Of a stretch of DNA of 45,179 nt, positions 31,923-41,352 are shown in pieces. The DNA is from Halodesulfurarchaeum sp. (GTDB taxonomy: Archaea > Halobacteriota > Halobacteria > Halobacteriales > Halobacteriaceae): positions 1 to 45,179 of the forward strand of contig JBDGUI010000020.1 of the NCBI GenBank assembly GCA_042216015.1, in the 5' to 3' direction. The position numbers and the translations under genes are program-made. Positions within the stretch are counted from its first letter, which is position 1, and every line of letters starts with the position of its first letter. A model generated the notes under the pieces. It was given only the letters and a program-made list of their open reading frames with translations. It was not told the DNA's origin and made no database searches.

Positions 31923-32417
31923 TCAGCCATCTCCTCCCTGCACCGTGACGCTGGCCTTCGCGACCGGTCGACCGTGTCGAAGCACCTCGACGGTCACCTC
32001 GTCGCCGGGGGCTGGCACCGGATCGTTCGTGTCGCTAATCGCGAACGAGGCGGTCTCGCCGACCGACCACACGGGATCGGCGGCCGAGTTGAAGGGCCCG
32101 GTCGGGCCCGGTTCGAACCCCTCCGTCGAGAAGAACGGCACCGGCGGCTGGGCCGCAAGTGACTCGCCGTCGACGGTGACCCTGACGGTGATCTCGGTCA
32201 CGTCGATCGAGGCGCCCGCCTCGTGTGTGAGGCGGATCTCGCCGTTGGGCCCGGCTTCGGCGGACAGCCGCGTGAAATCCGTCAGCTCCTCGCCGCCGGC
32301 ACCGACGGTCCCCCCGAGAGCGGCGGTTCCGACGGTGGTAACGAGGATGGCCGCAAGCGCGACGGTGATCGTGGCGATCATCAGCGTGCCGAACACGGGG
32401 GAGATGGCGCGGGTCAC
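31923..32417 (-). CDS. Archaeal type IV pilin-like protein (class III signal peptide)
   Basis: MTRA|ISPVFGTLMIATITVALAA fits a PibD cleavage motif plus hydrophobic helix; LTHEAGASID..WSVGE pilin-like domain. Confidence 0.85.
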   Translation of the reverse strand: MTRAISPVFGTLMIATITVALAAILVTTVGTAALGGTVGAGGEELTDFTRLSAEAGPNGEIRLTHEAGASIDVTEITVRVTVDGESLAAQPPVPFFSTEGFEPGPTGPFNSAADPVWSVGETASFAISDTNDPVPAPGDEVTVEVLRHGRPVAKASVTVQGGDG

Positions 32418-32449
32418 GCGGCGAGTTGGGCCGACTTTCGTAGATAAAC

Positions 32450-33685
32450 CTACGCCCCCCTCGAATCGGCCCGTTTCGGGTGGACCGCCAGTTCGAGCGA
32501 GCGAGTGCCCGTGTCGGCGGTCACGTTGAACGGCTCGTTCGGCACGAGCATCCAGACGGGTCCGGTGCCGGTGGTTCCGAGGGTCGTCCCGTTCGCGGTG
32601 ACCGTCGCCGTGATCGGGTTCCCGGTGGCGTTCACAACGGCGATTCGGAGGGGGGCGCCCACTCTCGCCTCGGAGACGCGAAGGGTGGTATTGTTGACCG
32701 TCGTGGATCGGCCCTCGACGACCGGCATGCTCGAGAGGGACTTGGTCTGGACCTCGCGATAGACGTTGCCGGAGGACGTATCGAGGAGGCTGTTGAGGAC
32801 CCCGTGTCCGTAGGAGAGCTGGAAGCGGAAGACGTCCTCGCCCACGGTGTTGATGCTCACGTCCCCCTTGTGTTTCCAGGCCCAGGGATAGAGCTCCGCG
32901 ATCCGGTTCTGGGCCGCATCGAGGTCGACGCCGCCAACCGCCTCGTCGCGGGCGTCCGTGCGCATGATCTCCCGGACGTACGTCCCGTCCTGAATCGCCG
33001 CGAGGACCATCCCGTTCTCCGAGACGGCGACGAAGCTCTCCCCCGTCCTTTCCCCACCCACCACCGCAGTCCCCACCTCGTCGGCCAGCGGACCGGTATA
33101 GCGGACCACCTCGGTTCGGGCCGCCGCCAGCCGATCCTGCAGGGAGGGATAGGTATCCACGAGACGCTCGTACGCCTCGATCGTCGATTCCAGGGCCCGG
33201 GCCTCACGGTTGACCTCGCCGACCGTCGCGAGGTACTCCTCGGGGCCGATTTTGCCCGTCCGGAACCGCTCGCGGGCAGCACGCTCCCGTTCGGCCAGGG
33301 CCTCGATTCGGGCCTCGATCCGATCGATTGCCGCGGACAGGATCCGTTCGTCGTTCACGCCAGAACCACCGAAACGGCGATCTGTGGCCCGTCTATCCAG
33401 TGCTGCCTCGACGGCCACGGTTTCGGCCTGCAACGCGTTCGTGACGGAGACCGATCTCGAGGCAATGGCGCTCTCCGCGAGGCTGTCGAGTTGCAGCATC
33501 CGGGTGGTGTTCGGTGCGATTTTCACGGGCTGGAACAGAAGCGGGTCCCCGGCCGTCGCCCGGGGCGGTTCCCCACTGCCGCCCATCCCGCTCGCCGCGA
33601 CCGGCGTGCCCGCTCCAAGGACGCTCCCGATCCCCACCAGAAGGAGCACGAGGATCGGGAGGACGGTTCGTCGCGGGCGGGTCAT
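32450..33685 (-). CDS. Secreted hypothetical protein (haloarchaeal, DUF7096-like)
   Basis: N-terminal signal peptide, coiled-coil region, AQNRIAELYPW, YREVQ, beta-rich C-terminus with NxT sequons; start at ATG 33685. Confidence 0.7.
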   Translation of the reverse strand: MTRPRRTVLPILVLLLVGIGSVLGAGTPVAASGMGGSGEPPRATAGDPLLFQPVKIAPNTTRMLQLDSLAESAIASRSVSVTNALQAETVAVEAALDRRATDRRFGGSGVNDERILSAAIDRIEARIEALAERERAARERFRTGKIGPEEYLATVGEVNREARALESTIEAYERLVDTYPSLQDRLAAARTEVVRYTGPLADEVGTAVVGGERTGESFVAVSENGMVLAAIQDGTYVREIMRTDARDEAVGGVDLDAAQNRIAELYPWAWKHKGDVSINTVGEDVFRFQLSYGHGVLNSLLDTSSGNVYREVQTKSLSSMPVVEGRSTTVNNTTLRVSEARVGAPLRIAVVNATGNPITATVTANGTTLGTTGTGPVWMLVPNEPFNVTADTGTRSLELAVHPKRADSRGA

Positions 33686-33846
33686 GCCCCTTGATTCGGC
33701 ACCCCCGCTCAAAAACGATGCGGAGACTCCGGCCACGATTTGATCGATCCGCGCTGCCCGACCGGTGAAGACCGACCGAAGGCGTCATCCAGTCGACATT
33801 GAAGCAATGGAAAGGACTTTGAGCGTCGGCAAGCCACCTTTTACCA

Positions 33847-34908
33847 ATGCGACGGGCCGCCCTCCTCGCCGTCTTCGCCCTCCTCGTGCTTTCGCTCGTG
33901 GGGACGCCGGCCGCGGCGACCCCCACCCACGAGCAGACGATTATCGGGATCGACATCCAGGAGGACGGCGACGCCGTCTGGACGGTGAAGACCCGCTACG
34001 TCCTCGAGAACGAATCGGACCTGAACGCCTTCGAACGGGTGCGAGCCGAACACGTCTCCGGAGCTTCCCCGGTTCCCGACCCGGACCTCTTCCGGGCCGC
34101 GGTCGAGCAGGTGGCCACGGAAACCGGCCGGTCGATGCAGATTCGAGACGTGAACCTGAGCAGTACCGTGAGGGAGCGGAAAAACGTCTCCGTCGGGGTG
34201 CTCAGTCTCGCCTTCACCTGGACGAACTTCGCCGTCGTCACGGAGAACCGGGTTTCGGTCAAGGCGGCCTTCGCGGGCGGGTGGTTCGGCGACCTGGCCG
34301 CAAACCAGACCCTCCTGATCCAGCCGCCGCCCGACTATCGGCCCCTCCGAGCCAACCCGTCGACCGACATCGTTGACGGCGGGCTCCAGTGGGAGGGCCC
34401 ACAGACCTTCGGACCGGGCGAACCCACCGTCGTGTTCGAGGCCTTCGAACCCGCCGCTGGGCTCCTGGATCTGCTCTCGCCGATGGTCGCCGCTGTCGGC
34501 GGTGCCATCGTCGGGATCTCACTCCTGCTCGGCTGGCGACGCGGGTACCTCGGCCGACGGGGCGGTGAGCCGGAGCGGGCGGCGGATTCAACCCCCGACT
34601 CCAGTGACGCCTCGGCTCCGGAAACCCCGAGAGGCGAGGAACAGGGGGTGGATGAGCCCGAATCCGCCGGGGAGGAGACGGCCGGCCCCGACGTGGATAC
34701 CGAATTGCTGAGCGACGAGGAACAGGTCGAGTATCTGCTCCGGCAGAACGATGGACGGATGAAACAGGCCCGGATCGTCGAGGAGACCCGATGGTCGAAC
34801 GCCAAGGTCTCCCAGTTGCTCTCCTCGATGGCCGAGAACGGCCGAATCGAGAAGCTCCGCATCGGCCGGGAGAACCTCATTTCCCTGCCAGAAGAAACCG
34901 AAGAATAG
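33847..34908 (+). CDS. Membrane-anchored protein: extracellular domain, one TM helix, cytoplasmic winged HTH
   Basis: Signal peptide, FTWTNFA domain, TM helix, C-terminal LLSDEEQV..GRMKQARIVEETRWSNAKVSQLLS..KLRIGRENLI. Confidence 0.8.
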   Translation: MRRAALLAVFALLVLSLVGTPAAATPTHEQTIIGIDIQEDGDAVWTVKTRYVLENESDLNAFERVRAEHVSGASPVPDPDLFRAAVEQVATETGRSMQIRDVNLSSTVRERKNVSVGVLSLAFTWTNFAVVTENRVSVKAAFAGGWFGDLAANQTLLIQPPPDYRPLRANPSTDIVDGGLQWEGPQTFGPGEPTVVFEAFEPAAGLLDLLSPMVAAVGGAIVGISLLLGWRRGYLGRRGGEPERAADSTPDSSDASAPETPRGEEQGVDEPESAGEETAGPDVDTELLSDEEQVEYLLRQNDGRMKQARIVEETRWSNAKVSQLLSSMAENGRIEKLRIGRENLISLPEETEE

Positions 34909-34954
34909 GCGGATTTCGCAAGGATTTAGCGCCGAGGACGGGTAGATCGACTCG

Positions 34955-35836
34955 ATGAAGATCTTGGTCACCTTCGCCGAGGTGGCAGCCGTCGCGGACA
35001 ATTTCGAGATCGAGGACGGAAGGATCGAGGAGCGATTCCTGGAGTACGACCAGAACGAGTGGGACGAGTACGCCCTCGAGGAGGCCGTCTCGCTTCGCGA
35101 GGCGGGAGTCGCCGACGAGGTCGTGACGGCGACCATCGGCCCCGAGCGGGCCGAGGACACGATTCGGATGGCGCTCGCGAAGGGGGCCGACCGCTCGATC
35201 AGGATCTGGGATGACTCCCTCGGTAGCGGGGCCCTGGCCGATGTCGCCATTCGAGCCGCCCTGCTGGCCCCCGTGATCGAGGCGGAGGAGCCCGCACTCG
35301 TCCTCTCGGGAGTGCAGGCGGCCGACGACGGCTACGCGGCGACGGGGGTGACCCTGGCGCGGACGCTCGGCCGCCAGTGGGCCGCCGTGGTCAACGACCT
35401 CTCGCTCGAACTGGACGCAAACACTGCTCGTGTCCGGCGGGAGCTCGAGGGCGGGATCGAGGAGGTGACCGTCCTCGACCTCCCGGCGGTCTTGACGATT
35501 CAGACCGGGATCAACGATCCGCGCTACGCGAGCCTGCGAGGGCTGCAAGAGGCCCAGACACGGGAAATCGACGTGCGCACGCCCGCGGATCTCGGCGTGA
35601 GCGTCGAAGGCGGAAGCGTGGGTGCTGAAGACGGAGGCGTGGGTGGTGAAGATGGCAGCTCGAGAGTTGAAGGTGGCAGTGGGGATGCCGGAGCGCTCGA
35701 ACCGGCACTGGAGCGGGGCGACTTTACCGAGCCGGAGGCCCGGGGCGACACCGAGTACGTCGAGGGGGACCCATCCGAACAGGCCGCCGCGATCGGCGAC
35801 CTGTTGGCAGGGCAAGGGGTGATCGAGAATGAGTGA
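34955..35836 (+). CDS. etfB: Electron transfer flavoprotein subunit beta
   Basis: NEWDEYALEEA, ALAKGAD, GVQAADD, QTGINDPRYASL; overlaps the etfA start. Confidence 0.94.
   Translation: MKILVTFAEVAAVADNFEIEDGRIEERFLEYDQNEWDEYALEEAVSLREAGVADEVVTATIGPERAEDTIRMALAKGADRSIRIWDDSLGSGALADVAIRAALLAPVIEAEEPALVLSGVQAADDGYAATGVTLARTLGRQWAAVVNDLSLELDANTARVRRELEGGIEEVTVLDLPAVLTIQTGINDPRYASLRGLQEAQTREIDVRTPADLGVSVEGGSVGAEDGGVGGEDGSSRVEGGSGDAGALEPALERGDFTEPEARGDTEYVEGDPSEQAAAIGDLLAGQGVIENE
35595..35678 (+). repeat. Four imperfect 21-bp in-frame tandem repeats inside etfB
   Basis: GCGTGAGCGTCGAAGGCGGAA / GCGTGGGTGCTGAAGACGGAG / GCGTGGGTGGTGAAGATGGCA / GCTCGAGAGTTGAAGGTGGCA. Confidence 0.75.
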
Positions 35837-36818
35837 GGAAGCGTCGGGGGAGGAAGACGGACCGGGCGACGTGCTCGCGATCGTCGAGCACCGTCGGGGC
35901 GAACTCCGCCCCGTGAGCCTCGAGGTGCTCTCCGCCGGCAGCGAACTCGCGGCGGCGATGGACGGCGAGCTGCACGTGGCCATGATCGGCGGGGCCGTTG
36001 AGAAATTCGCCGACCGACTCGACCGGGAGGGCGTCGACATCATTCACCCGGTGAGCGATGGAGCCGAGTTCGACCACGACGTGTACGTCCAGACCGTCGA
36101 CGCGCTCTGTGAGACGCTGGGCCCGGACGTGTTACTCACACCACACACCGTCAACGCGCTCGATTACGTGCCCGCAGTGGCCGTGGATCGAGACGTTCCA
36201 CTGGTGACCGACGTGCTCGGGTTGGAAATCGAGGAGAACCGGCTCGTGGCAACCCGCGGCTACTTCGAGTCGAAGGTGACCGCCCCGGTCACCGTCTCCT
36301 CGCGGCCGGTGGCGGTGACGATTCGTCCCGGCGAGTGGCCGGCCGCGGATGGACACGGCGAACCGGAGGTCCGGCCCTTCGAATTCGAGGCCCCCGCCCC
36401 CGAACTCGAATCGAGCGTCCAGGGCTTCGAGGAGGCAGGCGATGGGACGGTCGACGTGACGGCGGCCGACTTCCTCATCGGCGTCGGCCGCGGGATCGGC
36501 GAGCGGGAGAACCTCTCGGTGATCGAGGAACTCGCCGAGGCGACGGGGGCCACCATCGCCGCCTCCCGCCCGCTGGTCGATGCGGGCTGGTTCGAGACCG
36601 GACGACAGGTGGGCCAATCGGGAAAGACCGTCTCGCCCGACGTCTATCTCGCGGTCGGCATCTCCGGGGCGGTCCAGCACGTCGCCGGCATCAAAGGAGC
36701 CGATACGATCGTCGCCGTAAACACGGATCCCCACGCGCCGATCTTCGACGTCGCCGACCAGGCGATCGTCGGGGACCTCTTCGAGGTCGTCCCGGCGCTC
36801 ACCGACCGACTGCGGTGA
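35829..36818 (+). CDS. etfA: Electron transfer flavoprotein subunit alpha
   Basis: GVGRGI, ASRPLVDAGW, QVGQSGKTV, GISGAVQHVAG, NTDPHAPIF. Confidence 0.95.
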   Translation: MSEEASGEEDGPGDVLAIVEHRRGELRPVSLEVLSAGSELAAAMDGELHVAMIGGAVEKFADRLDREGVDIIHPVSDGAEFDHDVYVQTVDALCETLGPDVLLTPHTVNALDYVPAVAVDRDVPLVTDVLGLEIEENRLVATRGYFESKVTAPVTVSSRPVAVTIRPGEWPAADGHGEPEVRPFEFEAPAPELESSVQGFEEAGDGTVDVTAADFLIGVGRGIGERENLSVIEELAEATGATIAASRPLVDAGWFETGRQVGQSGKTVSPDVYLAVGISGAVQHVAGIKGADTIVAVNTDPHAPIFDVADQAIVGDLFEVVPALTDRLR

Positions 36819-36871
36819 GCCAAGGGCGGGGCTCGCAATTCGTTTAAAGCGCCGGCGCCAACGGCCGGTAG

Positions 36872-37762
36872 ATGGAGTACGTCGAGGCGCGTCGGGACGT
36901 CATCGAGAGCCGACTTGACGAGGTCGTCTCGGCGGTCGAACCGGCCGAACTCGAGGGGGAACTCGCCCACGTCGTGCTTGCCGGTGGGAAGCGGGTGCGC
37001 CCGACGCTGACCCTGCTCTCCTGTGAGGCGGCTGGCGGGGCGGTCTGGCGGGACGGCGGACCCACCGACTCGGTCTCGCTCGGCCCGAACGGCGAGACCG
37101 CCCTCGATTTCGCGGTCGGAGTCGAACTCGTCCACAACGCCTCGCTCGTGATCGATGACATCATCGACCGCTCCGAACTCAGGCGGGGCAACGAGAGCGC
37201 CTGGGCGGCCTATGGTCACGGCCCCGCGATCGTCTCGAGCGACGGGTTACTCGGCGAGGCCTTCGCCCTGTTTTCCGCCGATTCGCGCGCCCTCGAATCG
37301 GTCTCGCGAGCCCTCGTCGAGCTGGGAGAGGGGGAGGCCGTCGAACTGGTCGATCGGCCCAGTTCCGAGGCGGAGTACATGGACCTGGCCCGCCGCAAGA
37401 CTGGCGCGCTCTTCCGAACCGCGGCCGAACTCGGCGCGATCGCGGCCGACGCCGACGCCGCGACGATCGACGCCTTCGGCGAGTACGCAGAGCGGGTCGG
37501 GATCGCCTTCCAGATCAGGGACGACGTCCTCGACGCCGTCGCCGATTCCGAGGACCTCGGGAAACCGACCGGCCACGACGACACCATGGATCGACCGTCG
37601 ATCGTCAGGGTGACCGGAAAGGACCCGGAGACGCTGACCGAACGCGCTCGCTTGGAGTCCGCAGCCGCGCTCGCGGCACTCGATCGGGTGACGGGTGGTG
37701 ACCCCGAGGCGATCGGCTACCTCGAGGACCTTGCGGAGTTCGTCGTCGACCGGGATCGATAG
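36872..37762 (+). CDS. idsA: Polyprenyl diphosphate synthase (IdsA-like)
   Basis: GGKRVRP, FARM IDDIID..RRG, KTGALF, SARM FQIRDDVLD, GKPTGHD. Confidence 0.9.
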   Translation: MEYVEARRDVIESRLDEVVSAVEPAELEGELAHVVLAGGKRVRPTLTLLSCEAAGGAVWRDGGPTDSVSLGPNGETALDFAVGVELVHNASLVIDDIIDRSELRRGNESAWAAYGHGPAIVSSDGLLGEAFALFSADSRALESVSRALVELGEGEAVELVDRPSSEAEYMDLARRKTGALFRTAAELGAIAADADAATIDAFGEYAERVGIAFQIRDDVLDAVADSEDLGKPTGHDDTMDRPSIVRVTGKDPETLTERARLESAAALAALDRVTGGDPEAIGYLEDLAEFVVDRDR

Positions 37763-37777
37763 GACACCACCCGTGTC

Positions 37778-38866
37778 TCAGGCGTTCGCCCCCCGGGCCT
37801 GCCGGCTCCGTGACTCGACGACGGCAAAGGCCAGCGTGCTCGCCACGCTACCCAGCGTGCCGGCGGTGAGGACCCCGGCTAGCGTGGCGAGATCGACGTA
37901 GCCGAGGAAGAAGGCACTCATCGTGTGCAGGATCGCCCCGATGGCAAGGACGTAGACGGGGGCGTTGAGGTAGCGCCACCGGAACCGACCCGCGAGGAAC
38001 TCGTCGGTGATCTGGCCGAGGCTGGTGGTGAATGCCGCAGCGGCGAACCACTTGATGGCCCCGTAGAAGAGGGCAGCGAGCATGGTTCCCACCTCCACCG
38101 CCTGGTCGACGCGCACCATGTCGAGGGTGTCGACCGCCTCCACGCCGCCGACCACGAGCAGCGCCGCGGCCACGACGTAGGTGATGAGGGTGACTCGACC
38201 CGTGTAGAGGCTCTGACGGGCTCGCTCCACCCACTCGTCGATCGCGTCCTCGAGGCCAAGGCCGCGGACGAGTGCGTAGAGTCCCAGCGCGCCCGATCCC
38301 AGTCCCAGCACCGAGCCCGGAAGCCCGACCATATCGGCGAGGATCGCGAGCGGGTAGATCAACAGGAGGACCCCGAGCGGGACCAGAATCGTGCCCCGGG
38401 TCTCGGGGTCATCGAGGACCTGCTTGATCGTGTAGTACATCGATTCGAGGTCCTGGGCCTGCCGGACGACCACCCGGCGGACGGAGTCGATCTGGACGCG
38501 CGAGCGGATGACTGGAATCACGCTCTCGTCCTGGGCGCCGTCCGAGACCACGATGGTCCGAACCGCCTCCGCCGCCTGGAGGGCCGCGAGCACCTCGTCG
38601 AGTTCCCGACCCACCGCCCGGTTCGCGGCCACGTCCCCGCGCTCCTCGCCGGTCACGGCGGCGACCTCCACCGTCTCACCCTCGCTCGCGAACCGGTCGT
38701 GAAGATGAATCCCCTCGAAGAGCACGTTGACGTCGCTATCCTCGGGATCGGCTTCGGCCAGTGAGACGGCGGCGTGCTCGATCTCGTTCCGGCCGACGAC
38801 CGGCGTCGGCACGCCGGTCTTCCGACCGAGGTCGTCATCCAGGTCCACACACAGGACCAGCAGCAT
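37778..38866 (-). CDS. DUF373-family membrane protein
   Basis: LVLCVDLDDDLG, DPEDSDVN, VSDGAQDE, VVVRQAQDLESMYY, followed by ~6 TM helices. Confidence 0.85.
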   Translation of the reverse strand: MLLVLCVDLDDDLGRKTGVPTPVVGRNEIEHAAVSLAEADPEDSDVNVLFEGIHLHDRFASEGETVEVAAVTGEERGDVAANRAVGRELDEVLAALQAAEAVRTIVVSDGAQDESVIPVIRSRVQIDSVRRVVVRQAQDLESMYYTIKQVLDDPETRGTILVPLGVLLLIYPLAILADMVGLPGSVLGLGSGALGLYALVRGLGLEDAIDEWVERARQSLYTGRVTLITYVVAAALLVVGGVEAVDTLDMVRVDQAVEVGTMLAALFYGAIKWFAAAAFTTSLGQITDEFLAGRFRWRYLNAPVYVLAIGAILHTMSAFFLGYVDLATLAGVLTAGTLGSVASTLAFAVVESRSRQARGANA

Positions 38867-39096
38867 CAGGCGGGTCTACGGGTGGACCGGGGTAAGAATC
38901 TTCGGCCCGGGTGTTGCTGGCAGGGCTGATTGGACTCGGGTGTGGCCCGTCTGAGTGAGAATCTCCGGTCCGGAGAGTGATCAATCGGCGTGATATCGAG
39001 ATGGATCCTGTCTGGATTCGAATCGCCGCGACCCCTCACCCCGTCGAGACGGCTGGTACCGGGCCCCTTTTGGGGCATCACACCCTACCCCTGACA

Positions 39097-40092
39097 ATGA
39101 TATCGGAGGGGTGTGAGCAGTGTGCGATCGGCGGGAAGCTCGTGCTCTTCGTCCACGGGTTCTGTGACCGCCGGGACTGCTTTTACTGCCCCCTCGGCGA
39201 GAACCGGAAGAACGTCGACACCGTCTTCGCGAACGAGCGGCCCGTCGAGCGCGACGAGGACGTCCTCGAAGAGGCCCGCAAAATGGACGCGATCGGGAGT
39301 TCGATCACGGGCGGGGAGCCGCTCGAATCGATGGACCGGACCACCCACTACATCCGGCTCCTGAAGGACGAGTTCGGCGAGGACCATCACATCCACCTCT
39401 ACACGGGCATCACGGGCGACCGCGAGACGATGAGGGACCTGGCCGAGGCCGGCCTCGACGAGATCCGATTTCACCCGCCGATCGGGCTCTGGGGAAACCT
39501 CCACGGAACCGACTGGGAGGACATCCTCCACGTGGCCCGTGAGGAGGGGCTCACCCCGGCGTTCGAAATTCCGGGAATCGAGGCCGAACCGGAGTTCCTC
39601 GAGTTCATCGAGGAGGGGGCCGCGGAGTTCGTGAACGTCAACGAGTTCGAGTTGAGCCAGGGGAACTATCGCCGGATGCACGACCAGGGGTACACCCGCC
39701 GGGAGAACCACATGAGCGCGGTCGACGGGAAAGACGAGGGGGACCTGGCCGAACTCGTCGCCCACCCGAAGGTGTACTTCTGCACGAGCACGTTCAAGGA
39801 CGCCGCCCAGCACCGGAACCGCCTCAGGCGAACCGCCGAAAACGTCCGCCGGCCATTCGAGGAACAGACCGACGACGGGACGCTGGTCTACGGCGTCACG
39901 GATGTCGATCCGTCACGGCTGGAGGAACTCGGCGTCCCCGAGGAGTTCTACGAGGTGACCGAGAAGCGAATCGAGATGGCCTGGTGGCTGCTCGACGAGA
40001 TGGTCGAGGAGGGAGACGTCGAGAGCGGGGCCGTCATCGAGCAGTACCCGACCTGGGACGGACAGGTCGTCGAGCGGACGCCGCTAGGATAG
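39097..40092 (+). CDS. Archaeal radical SAM protein (PFL-activase-related, COG2108-like)
   Basis: GCEQCAIGGKLVLFV, CDRRDCFYC (CX4CX2C), TGGEP, HLYTG, GLDEIRFHP; start at ATG 39097. Confidence 0.85.
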   Translation: MISEGCEQCAIGGKLVLFVHGFCDRRDCFYCPLGENRKNVDTVFANERPVERDEDVLEEARKMDAIGSSITGGEPLESMDRTTHYIRLLKDEFGEDHHIHLYTGITGDRETMRDLAEAGLDEIRFHPPIGLWGNLHGTDWEDILHVAREEGLTPAFEIPGIEAEPEFLEFIEEGAAEFVNVNEFELSQGNYRRMHDQGYTRRENHMSAVDGKDEGDLAELVAHPKVYFCTSTFKDAAQHRNRLRRTAENVRRPFEEQTDDGTLVYGVTDVDPSRLEELGVPEEFYEVTEKRIEMAWWLLDEMVEEGDVESGAVIEQYPTWDGQVVERTPLG

Positions 40093-40153
40093 TCGGTTGC
40101 TCGGCTGATGCCGTGCCGGGCCACCCGCTCGACGGCCGTTCATCGGCCCCGGC

Positions 40154-41206
40154 TCAAAAGATCGTCGCGTCCCGGTAGACCGAGATCCCCTCGTTGGTTA
40201 TCTCGTAGGGTTTCGTCTCCCGGGAGTGATTCGCGTCCCTGATCTTCTGGATTTCGACCGCCAGGCGGGTCTCCTGAAAGTCCTCCGGACGGACGTACTG
40301 GAGCACGAAGACGGCGTCGGTGAGATACTCGATGATCCCGAACCTGGACGAATACGGCGTCTCGGCGGCGGCCTCGCTCGTCACCAGGGTGGTGACGCCC
40401 GCGTTCTTGAGCGAGCGGGCGAAGTCATAGATTTCGGTCCTGCGGGTGGCCTGCTCGTCGTACATCATCTCGAGCAGTGACACCGAATCGAGGGCCAGGC
40501 GTTCGGCCCCGAAGTTTTCGACGAGCCGTGGGAGTTCGCTCCGGATGCTCGTGAGACTGTTTGCCATGTCGACGGGATCCAGATCGAGGATCGCGAGGTT
40601 GCCCTTCGCCACTGCGCCCTCGAAGTCCCAGCCCTTCTGCTGGGCGCTCTTGTAGATCCGATCCCGGCTCTCCTCGAGGGTGATGAACACCCCCTTCTCA
40701 TCCGATTCGAGAGCCGCCTCGAGGAATTGCAGGGCGAAGGTCGTCTTGCCCGTTCCGGCCCCGCCGATGACCGAGACGAGCGAGCGCTCCGGGACCCCCT
40801 CCTGGATCATCGCGTCCAGCCCCTCGATGCCGATCCGGAGTCGGGGGATCTCGGCCTGATAGGCCTCCTCCTCGAATTCGTCCGCGGCCCCGTCCACGTC
40901 GAACCCGAAGCTCTCCCCACCCTCGAGATCGATGTCCAGAGGCTCCTCGCCCTCCTCGGAGGACTGGCGTTCGGCCGGCTCACCGCCGGTTCCGGACATT
41001 TCGGAGCCGCTTTCGGCCTCCGACGGTTCCCGGCCCGCGGCCCCATTCTCCCCCACCTCGCCACCAGCGTCCCTCCCGCGTTTCAGGTCGGCCATGGCCT
41101 CCTCCCAGTCGAGGTCGTCCTCGTCGGATCGTTCCTCGCCCTCCGTCGACTCCTCGAGCGCCCGTTCGAACCAGTCCTCGTCGTCTCCCTGGTCGTCTTC
41201 AGCCAT
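40154..41206 (-). CDS. KaiC-like RecA-superfamily ATPase with acidic N-terminal extension
   Basis: IEGLDAMIQEGVP, Walker A GGAGTGKT, ITLEE, LALDSVSL, IEYLTD, IQKIRDANH; start at ATG 41206. Confidence 0.9.
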   Translation of the reverse strand: MAEDDQGDDEDWFERALEESTEGEERSDEDDLDWEEAMADLKRGRDAGGEVGENGAAGREPSEAESGSEMSGTGGEPAERQSSEEGEEPLDIDLEGGESFGFDVDGAADEFEEEAYQAEIPRLRIGIEGLDAMIQEGVPERSLVSVIGGAGTGKTTFALQFLEAALESDEKGVFITLEESRDRIYKSAQQKGWDFEGAVAKGNLAILDLDPVDMANSLTSIRSELPRLVENFGAERLALDSVSLLEMMYDEQATRRTEIYDFARSLKNAGVTTLVTSEAAAETPYSSRFGIIEYLTDAVFVLQYVRPEDFQETRLAVEIQKIRDANHSRETKPYEITNEGISVYRDATIF

Positions 41207-41352
41207 GTCCGTTGTCTCCTTCGTTTTTCCTCCGACTGGTTCGCCCAAGTACCTTTCCCGTCGTCGGGCCGGGAGCGGGTGGCCGAGCCGGATATCCGCC
41301 GGCGCCAGCTTCGGGTGGCGCCATTTTTGTAGCGGCGGCCCGGACTCCCGGT

